Shown: positions 19,752 through 28,866 of the stretch, piece after piece
Layout: every line of letters starts with the position of its first letter
How positions within the stretch are numbered: position 1 is the first letter of the stretch
Assembly (NCBI GenBank): GCA_021201335.1
Contig: JAJQFD010000016.1
Location: 49,365-113,364, forward strand
Direction: 5' to 3'
DNA length: 64,000 bases
DNA from: Bacteroides sp.
GTDB taxonomy: Bacteria > Bacteroidota > Bacteroidia > Bacteroidales > Bacteroidaceae
The notes under the pieces: generated by a model
The model's input: only the letters and a program-made list of their open reading frames with translations
Told to the model about the DNA's origin: nothing
Database searches by the model: none
Program-made: the position numbers and the translations under genes

Positions 19752-20678
19752 ATGGAAAACAGAAGTTTAGTTACCATCGCCGATTATTCAAAAGAGAAGA
19801 TTCTCTATATGATTGAGATGGCTAAGAAGTTTGAAAACTCACCTAACCGGAAACTGCTCGAAGGAAAAGTAATCGCTACCCTATTTTTCGAACCCTCTAC
19901 CCGAACCAGACTTAGCTTTGAAACCGCAGCTAACAGACTAGGAGCCAAAATCATCGGCTTCGCCGATCCCAAAGCAACCAGCTCTACCAAAGGAGAAATA
20001 TTGAAGGATACCATTATTATGGTAAGCAATTATGCGGATGTCATCGTAATGAGACATTACCTGGAAGGTGCTGCCCGGTACGCGAGCGAGATCTCACCTG
20101 TTCCTGTAGTTAATGCCGGAGATGGAGCTAATCAACATCCTTCCCAAACCATGCTGGACCTGTATTCCATCTACAAGACGCAAGGAACCCTGGAAAACCT
20201 GAATATTTATCTGGTAGGTGACCTTAAATATGGAAGAACAGTGCATTCATTATTGATGGCCATGCGTTTCTTCAATCCGACCTTTCATTTCATTGCTCCC
20301 GAAGAACTTAAAATGCCTGAAGAATATAAGCTTTATTGTAAAGAACATGGCATTAAATATACAGAGCATGTCGACTTCAACGAAGAAATTATTGCGGAAG
20401 CAGATATTTTATACATGACCCGGGTTCAAAAGGAACGGTTCACCGATTTAATGGAATATGAACGTGTTAAAAATATCTATATTCTTCGAGACAAGATGCT
20501 GGAGAATACCCGTCCGAACCTTCGGATATTGCATCCCCTTCCCCGGGTGAATGAAATTGCTTACGACGTTGATGACAATCCGAAAGCATACTATTTTCAA
20601 CAAGCACAAAACGGACTTTATGCCCGTGAGGCCATTTTATGTGATGTGTTAGGCATGACATTAGAAGATATTGGTTAA
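19752..20678 (+). CDS. pyrB: aspartate carbamoyltransferase catalytic subunit
   Basis: It has the STRTR, HPSQ and HPLPR motifs. Confidence 0.97.
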   Translation: MENRSLVTIADYSKEKILYMIEMAKKFENSPNRKLLEGKVIATLFFEPSTRTRLSFETAANRLGAKIIGFADPKATSSTKGEILKDTIIMVSNYADVIVMRHYLEGAARYASEISPVPVVNAGDGANQHPSQTMLDLYSIYKTQGTLENLNIYLVGDLKYGRTVHSLLMAMRFFNPTFHFIAPEELKMPEEYKLYCKEHGIKYTEHVDFNEEIIAEADILYMTRVQKERFTDLMEYERVKNIYILRDKMLENTRPNLRILHPLPRVNEIAYDVDDNPKAYYFQQAQNGLYAREAILCDVLGMTLEDIG

Positions 20679-20764
20679 GTTTTTAAGTTCGCATGCCCTT
20701 GAGATGAAGCTAGATAAGCTCAGGACTTAAACTTATAAACTCATCAACTTAAAAAATCAAATTA

Positions 20765-21226
20765 ATGGAAAAGAACAAACAAGCCTTACAGGTTGCTGCT
20801 TTGAGAAACGGCACTGTAATTGATCATATTCCTTCTGAAAAACTATTCACTGTAGTTGCTCTACTCAGGCTCGACCGCATGAAGAATAATATTACTATTG
20901 GTTTCAACCTGGAAAGCAAGAAGCTAGGGAAAAAAGGAATTATTAAAATCGCAGATAAATTCTTTTGCGATGAAGAAATAAACCGGATTGCTGTTGTTGC
21001 CCCCAACGTGAAATTAAATATCATCAAAGATTACGAAGTCGTTGAAAAGAAACAGGTTCAACTGGCAGATCAATTAAAAGGTATTGTCAAGTGTGCCAAT
21101 CCGATGTGCATTACCAACAATGAACCGATGAAAACTATATTCCGTGTAGTCAACAAGGACAATTGTATCATCCGGTGTCATTACTGTGAAAAAGAACAGA
21201 AAAGAGACGAAATCGTTATTATTTAA
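20765..21226 (+). CDS. pyrI: aspartate carbamoyltransferase regulatory subunit
   Basis: 153 aa. It has the Zn domain CANPMCITN...CHYCE and lies directly after pyrB. Confidence 0.95.
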   Translation: MEKNKQALQVAALRNGTVIDHIPSEKLFTVVALLRLDRMKNNITIGFNLESKKLGKKGIIKIADKFFCDEEINRIAVVAPNVKLNIIKDYEVVEKKQVQLADQLKGIVKCANPMCITNNEPMKTIFRVVNKDNCIIRCHYCEKEQKRDEIVII

Positions 21227-21301
21227 TCTCAGAAATTAGAATACAGAGATTAAGTCGTTAAACATGAGAGATCGCAAGAACTCAAAAACTCAAGGACTTA
21301 A

Positions 21302-21877
21302 ATGAAGCAAGATTGGAAGCCCGGTACTCTTATCTACCCCTTACCTGCTGTATTGGTGAGTTGTGGCAATGATGAAAGTGAATACAATATCATTACGGTA
21401 GCCTGGGTAGGAACCTTATGTACAAATCCGCCGATGTGTTATATTTCCGTACGTCCGGAACGCCATTCCTATGATATTATTAAAAAGAACATGGAGTTTG
21501 TCATTAACTTGACTACGGAAAAGATGGCTTTTGCAACAGACTGGTGCGGAGTACGTTCGGGCAGAGACTATAATAAGTTTGAGGAGGTGAAGTTAACTCC
21601 CGGTAAATGCTCCATTGTAAGTGCCCCTTTGATAGAAGAATCTCCTTTATGCATAGAATGCAGGGTAAAAGAGATTATATCGTTAGGTTCGCACGATATG
21701 TTTATTGCCGATATAGTAAACATCCGTGCGGAAGAAGATCATTTAAATAAAGACAGCGGAAAACTAGAACTAGCCGAAACCAATCCTTTGGTATATCTGC
21801 ATGGGAATTATTATGGACTTGGAGGCAAGATCGGTAAATTCGGCTGGTCGGTAGAAAAGAAAAAGACGAAAAAATAA
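21302..21877 (+). CDS. flavin reductase family protein
   Basis: 191 aa. It has an FMN-binding split-barrel pattern (PLPAVLVS..., ITVAWVG). Confidence 0.8.
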   Translation: MKQDWKPGTLIYPLPAVLVSCGNDESEYNIITVAWVGTLCTNPPMCYISVRPERHSYDIIKKNMEFVINLTTEKMAFATDWCGVRSGRDYNKFEEVKLTPGKCSIVSAPLIEESPLCIECRVKEIISLGSHDMFIADIVNIRAEEDHLNKDSGKLELAETNPLVYLHGNYYGLGGKIGKFGWSVEKKKTKK

Positions 21878-21878
21878 A

Positions 21879-22595
21879 ATGAAACGGCTGATTATTATAG
21901 GAATAGTCATATCTTTTTTTGCATTATCCGGGTGGGGTCAAAACAGAGAAAATATATCCAAAGACCCTTTTATAAACTTCGGAGTAAAAGCAGGATTCAA
22001 CTCTTCTATGTTTACTGTATCGGATTTCAAAATCAGAGACGTTACTATCAATGAGATTCAGAATACTTATAAAATAGGGTATTTCGGTTCTGTTTTTATG
22101 AGAATTAATATAGGGGCTCATTATATCCAACCGGAAGCCTCGTATCAAATCAGCCGTTGTCAGATTGGTTTCGATAAATTGGGTTCCCACCATCCCGAAC
22201 TCGAACCGGATTATGCGTACATTAATTCGAAATTACATAGTATAGAAATTCCTGTATTATATGGATTTAATATTATAAAAAGCGGCCCATACGGGTTATC
22301 GGTCTTTGCAGGTCCCAAGTTTAAATACTTATGGAGTAAAAGGAATAAGATTTCTTTTGAAAACCTGGATCAAGAGATTGAAGAGAAGTTGCATCCGCTA
22401 AATCTCAGTCTTACTGCAGGTGTTGGGGTAAATATATCCAGGATATTTTTCGATTTTCGTTATGAACTCGGATTGAACAATATATCGAAAGAGGTTAACT
22501 ATGTGAACCAACCGGAATCACCGGAAAACGGAAGAGACATTGTATTTAATCGTCGTGAAAATGTACTTAGTTTCTCTTTTGGGGTAATGTTTTGA
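21879..22595 (+). CDS. outer-membrane beta-barrel (porin-family) protein
   Basis: 238 aa with a signal peptide. It shows alternating beta-strand periodicity and a C-terminal aromatic residue (...FSFGVMF). Confidence 0.65.
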   Translation: MKRLIIIGIVISFFALSGWGQNRENISKDPFINFGVKAGFNSSMFTVSDFKIRDVTINEIQNTYKIGYFGSVFMRINIGAHYIQPEASYQISRCQIGFDKLGSHHPELEPDYAYINSKLHSIEIPVLYGFNIIKSGPYGLSVFAGPKFKYLWSKRNKISFENLDQEIEEKLHPLNLSLTAGVGVNISRIFFDFRYELGLNNISKEVNYVNQPESPENGRDIVFNRRENVLSFSFGVMF

Positions 22596-22606
22596 TCTTT
22601 TTTATC

Positions 22607-22614
22607 TACATTTG
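22607..22614 (+). promoter_or_regulatory. -7 box (TACATTTG) for glyA
   Basis: It lies 40 nt upstream of ATG 22654. Confidence 0.5.
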
Positions 22615-22653
22615 CAAACAGATTAATGTAATTAACTACTATATCCAAATAAA

Positions 22654-23934
22654 ATGAAAAGAGACGATTTAATTTTCGAGATCATCGAAAAAGAGCATCA
22701 ACGTCAGCTGAAAGGTATTGAGCTGATTGCATCGGAAAACTTTGTAAGTGATCAGGTCATGCAGGCCATGGGGTCTTGGTTGACTAATAAATATGCAGAA
22801 GGATATCCCGGGAAACGCTATTATGGTGGATGCGAAGTAGTTGATCAGAGCGAACAACTGGCCATTGATCGGTTGAAGGAAATCTTTGGCGCTGAATGGG
22901 CTAATGTACAACCGCACTCCGGAGCGCAGGCCAATGCAGCTGTATTCCTGGCAGTAATGAATCCCGGAGATAAATTCATGGGATTGAATCTTGCTCATGG
23001 TGGTCATCTTTCACACGGTTCTCTTGTAAATACCTCAGGAATAATTTACACTCCTTGCGAATATAATGTAAAAAAAGAAACAGGTCGTGTGGATTACGAC
23101 CAGATGGAAGAAGTAGCCTTGCGTGAGAAACCTAAAATGATTATCGGTGGCGGATCGGCTTATTCCCGCGAATGGGATTATAAGCGTATGCGTGAAATTG
23201 CTGATAAAGTAGGGGCCATTTTGTTGGTTGACATGGCTCATCCGGCCGGATTAATTGCTGCCGGACTTCTGGAAAACCCGGTTAAGTACGCTCATATCGT
23301 AACTTCTACTACACATAAAACGTTACGCGGCCCTCGGGGTGGTGTAATTCTGATAGGCAAAGACTTTCCTAACCCATGGGGTAAAACAACTCCGAAAGGT
23401 GAAGTGAAAATGATGTCTCAATTACTTGACTCTGCCGTTTTCCCAGGTATCCAGGGTGGACCATTGGAACATGTAATAGCTGCGAAAGCCGTATCGTTTT
23501 ACGAGTGTATGCAGCCGGAATATGTAGACTATCAGAAGCAGGTAAAGAAGAATGCTTCCGTACTGGCTCAAGCCTTGATGGATCGTGGCTTTGATATCGT
23601 ATCCGGTGGTACAGACAATCACTCCATGCTGGTAGATTTACGTACGAAATATCCGGATCTTACAGGTAAAGTAGCAGAAAAGGCGCTAGTGGCTGCTGAT
23701 ATTACAGTCAATAAAAATATGGTTCCTTTCGATAGTCGTTCCGCCTTCCAAACCTCGGGTATCCGTTTAGGTACCCCGGCTATCACCACCCGTGGAGCTA
23801 AGGAAGATTTAATGCTGGAGATTGCAGAAATGATTGAGACCGTACTATCCAATGTGGATAATGAAGAAGTAATTGCTCAGGTTCGCAAAAGAGTAAATGA
23901 TACAATGAAAGATTATCCATTATTTGCAGACTAA
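22654..23934 (+). CDS. glyA: serine hydroxymethyltransferase
   Basis: 426 aa. It has [15 protein letters not shown] around the PLP lysine. Confidence 0.98.
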   Translation: MKRDDLIFEIIEKEHQRQLKGIELIASENFVSDQVMQAMGSWLTNKYAEGYPGKRYYGGCEVVDQSEQLAIDRLKEIFGAEWANVQPHSGAQANAAVFLAVMNPGDKFMGLNLAHGGHLSHGSLVNTSGIIYTPCEYNVKKETGRVDYDQMEEVALREKPKMIIGGGSAYSREWDYKRMREIADKVGAILLVDMAHPAGLIAAGLLENPVKYAHIVTSTTHKTLRGPRGGVILIGKDFPNPWGKTTPKGEVKMMSQLLDSAVFPGIQGGPLEHVIAAKAVSFYECMQPEYVDYQKQVKKNASVLAQALMDRGFDIVSGGTDNHSMLVDLRTKYPDLTGKVAEKALVAADITVNKNMVPFDSRSAFQTSGIRLGTPAITTRGAKEDLMLEIAEMIETVLSNVDNEEVIAQVRKRVNDTMKDYPLFAD

Positions 23935-23958
23935 AGAATATATCGAATAATTAAATAA

Positions 23959-23992
23959 GGCAGGGTGAATTCCAAATCATCCTGCTTTTTTT
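23959..23992 (+). terminator. intrinsic terminator after glyA
   Basis: The stem is gcagggtga / tcatcctgc with one G-U pair, followed by T7. Confidence 0.7.
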
Positions 23993-24333
23993 GTATCAGT
24001 TGACCATATCCTGTTTGGTTATCCCAGTTCAATTCTTTGAAAATGCAACCGCTATTTATTTCAAATCCTACCGCAACTCTGGGCAAAGCCAACCGCATTT
24101 CAGTCTTGAAAGAACTTCTTCTTTTCTAATCATTCATCCGGCATTCATCTATGGGGTACTCCACAGAAAAACGCTACCTAATATCCGTTAATTGTTGTCT
24201 CGATATTTAAAAAAGAATAGTAAAATAATTGAGTAAATTTTTTCTTTTCCATTTATTCTATATCTTAACCAAGATTTCAAAATAAGCTGATTCAGATATT
24301 CTCAAATAAATTATAATTAAAATCCTGAGACAC

Positions 24334-26022
24334 ATGAAAAAACTATTCGCTGTCTTCCTCTTGGCCACCTGTTCACCCATAGTATTTGCCCAAGATGATT
24401 TCCTGAAAATCATGAAAGAGGAAATTAACCGAAATTTTGCAGTTCTTCAACAGCAGCCCACTCCCGCTTATTATCTCAGCTATCGGGTGTATGAAGAAGA
24501 AACTTACCACATCCAATCTTCTTTCGGGCAAATTATATACAGTTCGCCCACTAAAAACCGGATGTTACATACAATGGTGCGGGTTGGAAGCCATGAAATG
24601 GACAATACACGCGAAATTAAAGTAGATGGTATAGGGGGTTATTACGATGATTTCAGCACAATTAACCTGGTGTTGGATAACAATGCATCGGCTTTGCAAA
24701 CGGCTTTATGGAAACGAACAGACGAACTATACAAGAATGCGACCAAACAGTATCAGAATGTACTGGCAAATGTGGCTGTTAAAGTGGCTGCAGAAGACCA
24801 GTCGGACGACTTTTCCAAAGAAACTCCGGAGAAATATTACGAAAAGCCTTTAAACAGCAAAGATGTATTCCCGGATGCTAAGTTATGGGAAGAGAAATTG
24901 AAGAAGTTTAGTAAAGTTTTCTCAGAGAATAAAGATATAATCTATACCAATTGTTTCTTTAATATCACCCTCTTACGGAAATATTTTGTAGATACAGAGG
25001 GTGCAGAGATAGCAGAAAATAATCTCGGATATCGTATCTCTCTCAGTGCACAAACCATTGCCGATGATGGTATGGATTTACCTTTATATAAATCCTACTT
25101 CGTACATGATTTGAAAGATCTTCCTTCAGACGAAGAAATAATAGCCGACGCACAGGAAATGAGTCAGATGTTAACGGCACTGCGAGTAGCTCCGGTGGCA
25201 GAAGCTTATTCTGGCCCTGTACTAATGACTGCCGAAGCATCGGGTGTTTTCTTTCATGAAATATTCGGCCACCGTATTGAAGGAGCTCGTTTGAAACAGG
25301 AAACTGATGCACAGACCTTTAAAAAGAAAGTGGGTGAACTGGTATTACCGGAAGACTTTACCCTCTATTTTGACCCGCAAATAAAAACCTATAAAGGCAT
25401 CCCTTTAAGTGGAAATTATGTATTTGATGATGAAGGTGTACGGGGACAAAAAGTAACTATTGTTGAAAATGGTATCTTAAAATCGTTCCTCATGAGTCGC
25501 GTCCCGATTACAGGTTTTAATCGCTCAAACGGGCACGGACGAGGAATGATTTACTATAATCCCGTTACCCGCCAATCTAATATGATTATTGAGTCTAAAA
25601 ACCCTAAGACAGAAGACGAACTCAGAAAAATGCTCATAGAAGAAGCCAAGCGAACCAACAAAGAATATGGCTATCTCATCGATAAAGTTTCAGGTGGTTT
25701 TACCATGACCAGCCGATATATGCCCAATGCCTTTAATGTGATTCCACTAGTAGTATATCGCATTTATGTGGATGGAAGACCGGATGAACTGGTACGAGGA
25801 GTTGATCTGGTGGGAACCCCGTTGGCCATGTTCTCCCAGATAAGTGCCTGTGGGAAAAATATAGATGTGTTTAATGGTTATTGTGGGGCTGAATCTGGAT
25901 CTGTTCCGGTTTCGAGCATCTCTCCTACTCTTTTCGTGAAAATGGTAGAAACACAGAAAAAATCCAAGTCGCAGAATCAACCTCCGATTCTTCCTAAGCC
26001 GGGTTTTTCTTCCGATAAATAA
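24334..26022 (+). CDS. secreted TldD-like metallopeptidase (HExxxH present)
   Basis: 562 aa. It has a signal peptide (VFA/QDD), a HEIFGH zinc motif and a TldD/PmbA C-terminal region. Confidence 0.85.
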   Translation: MKKLFAVFLLATCSPIVFAQDDFLKIMKEEINRNFAVLQQQPTPAYYLSYRVYEEETYHIQSSFGQIIYSSPTKNRMLHTMVRVGSHEMDNTREIKVDGIGGYYDDFSTINLVLDNNASALQTALWKRTDELYKNATKQYQNVLANVAVKVAAEDQSDDFSKETPEKYYEKPLNSKDVFPDAKLWEEKLKKFSKVFSENKDIIYTNCFFNITLLRKYFVDTEGAEIAENNLGYRISLSAQTIADDGMDLPLYKSYFVHDLKDLPSDEEIIADAQEMSQMLTALRVAPVAEAYSGPVLMTAEASGVFFHEIFGHRIEGARLKQETDAQTFKKKVGELVLPEDFTLYFDPQIKTYKGIPLSGNYVFDDEGVRGQKVTIVENGILKSFLMSRVPITGFNRSNGHGRGMIYYNPVTRQSNMIIESKNPKTEDELRKMLIEEAKRTNKEYGYLIDKVSGGFTMTSRYMPNAFNVIPLVVYRIYVDGRPDELVRGVDLVGTPLAMFSQISACGKNIDVFNGYCGAESGSVPVSSISPTLFVKMVETQKKSKSQNQPPILPKPGFSSDK

Positions 26023-26058
26023 GCATCCATCTAAATATCAATCTAAAAAATATAAATA

Positions 26059-27744
26059 ATGAAATCCTTCTATATTAAAGGCGTAATCATCGTCGGTTTT
26101 ATCCTGATGAGTTCAGGAATACAGGCTCAGGATATCATTCCTATCATTAAAAAGGAAGTCGACAGAAACAAGGCCGAACTAAAAATAGATAAGCTTCAGC
26201 GACCTTTTTACATTCGATATCTCGTTGTAGACGGTAAAAACATCAACTTAAGTGCTACGTTAGGTTCCATATATAATTCATCCGAAGGGCCGGAGAAATA
26301 CGGATATTCTACTCTTTTGGTAGGCGATTATGAGCGTAATAACCTGAATTATATGGACCCGAACATCTATTATCGTATCTATACCTATCCGCAAAGCCTC
26401 AGCCTTGAAAATGATCCGGTCAGTATTTCAACCGTTATCTGGAACGATCTCGACAAGCAATACAAAACTGCGGCTGAAGTTTACGAAACCAAACAAGGTA
26501 TCATCAGCCAGCAACAAAAGCCGGAAGACGAAAAGATACCCGACTATACGAAAACTGATCCGGTCAATATTAAATTGACGTCTACCCCTACCAAGTTTGA
26601 TAAAGCTTATTGGGAAGATTATATTAAAAAGGCATCTGCGGTCTTCGCGAAGTATCCGGACCTTATAAAATCGGATGTATATTTTACTTTGATGGATCAA
26701 ACAATATATTACTACGATACAGAAAATAGTCAGTATTCTATCCCTAATCCATACTACAAATTGCATGTATCTTTAGGCACTTTGACTGAAGATGGCCAGG
26801 AAGTAGGTGATGATTTATATTTCGAGCACACAACTTTTGAGCAAATGCCCCAACTGGAAGATTTTATTAAAAGCTGTGAGGAGTTTGCAGATTATATCAT
26901 TCAATTGAAAAATGCTCCATTGATTGATGAAGCCTATACGGGACCGGTATTACTGGAAAAGATGGCATTAGCAGAAGCATTTCAGGCTTACTTCTTTAAT
27001 TCTGCTTTAATTGCTAAGCAGAAGCCTACCACCAGCGAGGATATGCGTTATTATAATCAATCCGCTAGTGGCGGGAATGACTTTGAGATGATGACTAATA
27101 AAAAAATCATTTCCCGTGATTTAACCATCAAATCACTTTCAGGTACTCCGGTTTATAACAATATCAAACTGGATGGATACACCCCGGTAGATGCAGAAGG
27201 AGTAGTGCCTGCCAAAGAACTGCTACTCGTAGAAAATGGTGTACTGCGGAATATGCTGAACGGCAGAATACCGACTAAAAATAATCCCGCCAGTAACGGA
27301 CACATGCGCTTTAGCGTGCATCGAAGAAGCACAGCAGTATCTCCTGGGAATATCCAATTAACTTCTCGTAATACAACTTCCCAGGAGGAATTAAAGAAAA
27401 GATTGCTGGCTGCTGCCAAAGAAGAAGATTTAGAATATGCTTATATCATACGCCGATTGAGAGGTAATTCCCCCCTCGCCCTTTACCGGGTTTATCTCAG
27501 TGACGGACGCGAGGAATTGGTACGTGGGGCGGCTCTCCCCGATCTTTCAATACGTTCTTTTAAAAGAGTTCTGGGTGCGACAGAGAAAGAGTATTTGTAT
27601 AATACTTATAGCTACGGCAGTTTTGTTACCTATATCATCCCAGAAGGATTATTAATGGAAGAGTTAGACGTAACCCGTAATAATAACATTACATTTAAGA
27701 CTCCGTACATCGTTCCTCAACCTCTTGCTATCAAGAAAAGATAG
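26059..27744 (+). CDS. secreted TldD/PmbA-family partner protein (no HExxxH)
   Basis: 561 aa with a signal peptide (IQA/QD). It is collinear with the upstream protein, but the equivalent position reads EAFQAYFFNS. Confidence 0.8.
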   Translation: MKSFYIKGVIIVGFILMSSGIQAQDIIPIIKKEVDRNKAELKIDKLQRPFYIRYLVVDGKNINLSATLGSIYNSSEGPEKYGYSTLLVGDYERNNLNYMDPNIYYRIYTYPQSLSLENDPVSISTVIWNDLDKQYKTAAEVYETKQGIISQQQKPEDEKIPDYTKTDPVNIKLTSTPTKFDKAYWEDYIKKASAVFAKYPDLIKSDVYFTLMDQTIYYYDTENSQYSIPNPYYKLHVSLGTLTEDGQEVGDDLYFEHTTFEQMPQLEDFIKSCEEFADYIIQLKNAPLIDEAYTGPVLLEKMALAEAFQAYFFNSALIAKQKPTTSEDMRYYNQSASGGNDFEMMTNKKIISRDLTIKSLSGTPVYNNIKLDGYTPVDAEGVVPAKELLLVENGVLRNMLNGRIPTKNNPASNGHMRFSVHRRSTAVSPGNIQLTSRNTTSQEELKKRLLAAAKEEDLEYAYIIRRLRGNSPLALYRVYLSDGREELVRGAALPDLSIRSFKRVLGATEKEYLYNTYSYGSFVTYIIPEGLLMEELDVTRNNNITFKTPYIVPQPLAIKKR

Positions 27745-27756
27745 GGTAAAAAGTAA

Positions 27757-27803
27757 GGATCTAATTCGGAAAAACCATAAGATTCCGAATCAGATCCTTT
27801 ATT
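27757..27803. terminator. hairpin between the convergent TldD/PmbA pair and the TSCPD gene
   Basis: The 14-nt arms are ggatctaattcgga / tccgaatcagatcc with one mismatch, followed by tttattt. Confidence 0.6.
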
Positions 27804-27825
27804 TATTCAGGATAGTTAAAGACTT

Positions 27826-28071
27826 TCAATATCCCATTTCATGCAAGGCCTTGCACAATTGATCGGCACAGGAAGTAGAACGGGAACCACAACGAATCCC
27901 TTCAAGCCGAGACAGAACATCGGTCACCGGCATACCACGCACTAAACGTGAAACAGCCTGCAAGTTACCATTACATCCTCCCCAATAGCTTACTTCTTTA
28001 ATAATATCATTCTCTACTTCGAGTTCAATAACTGTACTGCATGTACCTTTTGTTTTATACGTATATTGCAT
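27826..28071 (-). CDS. TSCPD domain protein (TIGR03905-like)
   Basis: 81 aa. It has the GTCS...GGCNGN...CG.R.TSC Cys pattern. Its start overlaps the yebC-like stop (TAATG). Confidence 0.85.
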   Translation of the reverse strand: MQYTYKTKGTCSTVIELEVENDIIKEVSYWGGCNGNLQAVSRLVRGMPVTDVLSRLEGIRCGSRSTSCADQLCKALHEMGY

Positions 28072-28805
28072 TACTCTTCTACTTCTTCAGCAGGCTTCAG
28101 ATTGGTATATACGTTCTGAACATCTTCATCATCTTCCAACTTTTCTACCATCTTTTCAATCGTAGCCCGCTGCTCATCGTTCACTTCTTTTTCATCTGTA
28201 GGAATCCGGGTGAACTCAGAATTTTTAATTTCATAACCATTCTCTTCCAAATACTTCTGTATAGTATTGAATGACTGGAAGTCACCATACAGGGTTATTT
28301 CATCTCCCTCTTCATCATAGTCTTCATCAACACCATAATCAATCAATTCAAGAATCAGGTCTTCTGCTGAAACATCCTCTTTTTTGGTAATCGTGAATAC
28401 AGACTTATGGTTAAACATGAAATCAAGACTTCCGGAAGTTCCCAATGAGCCACCGTATTTGTTAAATACACTGCGTACATTGGCTACCGTGCGGGTTGTA
28501 TTATCAGTGGCAGTTTCCACTAAAATAGCAATACCAAAAGGGCCGTAACCTTCATATACCATTTCTTTATAGTCTTTCTGGTCTTTGCCCATCGCGTTTT
28601 TAATCGCCCGTTCGATATTATCTTTGGGCATATTCTCGCGTTTGGCATTGGCAATAACGGCTCTCAACTGGGGATTATTTTCAGGTTCCGGTCCACCGGA
28701 TTTAACAGCAATAGCGATTTGCTTGCCTATCCGCGTAAACGTACGAGCCATGTTTCCCCATCTTTTTAGCTTGGATGCTTTTCTATATTCAAATGCTCTT
28801 CCCAT
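28071..28805 (-). CDS. YebC/PmpR family DNA-binding transcriptional regulator
   Basis: 244 aa. The N-terminus MGRAFEYRKASKLKRWGNMARTFTR is typical of the family. Confidence 0.95.
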   Translation of the reverse strand: MGRAFEYRKASKLKRWGNMARTFTRIGKQIAIAVKSGGPEPENNPQLRAVIANAKRENMPKDNIERAIKNAMGKDQKDYKEMVYEGYGPFGIAILVETATDNTTRTVANVRSVFNKYGGSLGTSGSLDFMFNHKSVFTITKKEDVSAEDLILELIDYGVDEDYDEEGDEITLYGDFQSFNTIQKYLEENGYEIKNSEFTRIPTDEKEVNDEQRATIEKMVEKLEDDEDVQNVYTNLKPAEEVEE

Positions 28806-28866
28806 TATTTTGAGTTTTTAAGTTCTAAGTTATTAAGTTTTACTTCTGTCAAAAGCATTCAAAGAG

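Noticed and set aside
23991-24191. A 66-aa plus-strand ORF lies downstream of glyA.
   Set aside because: It starts inside the glyA terminator T tract. It has no family resemblance. The region is better explained as repeat-bearing spacer.
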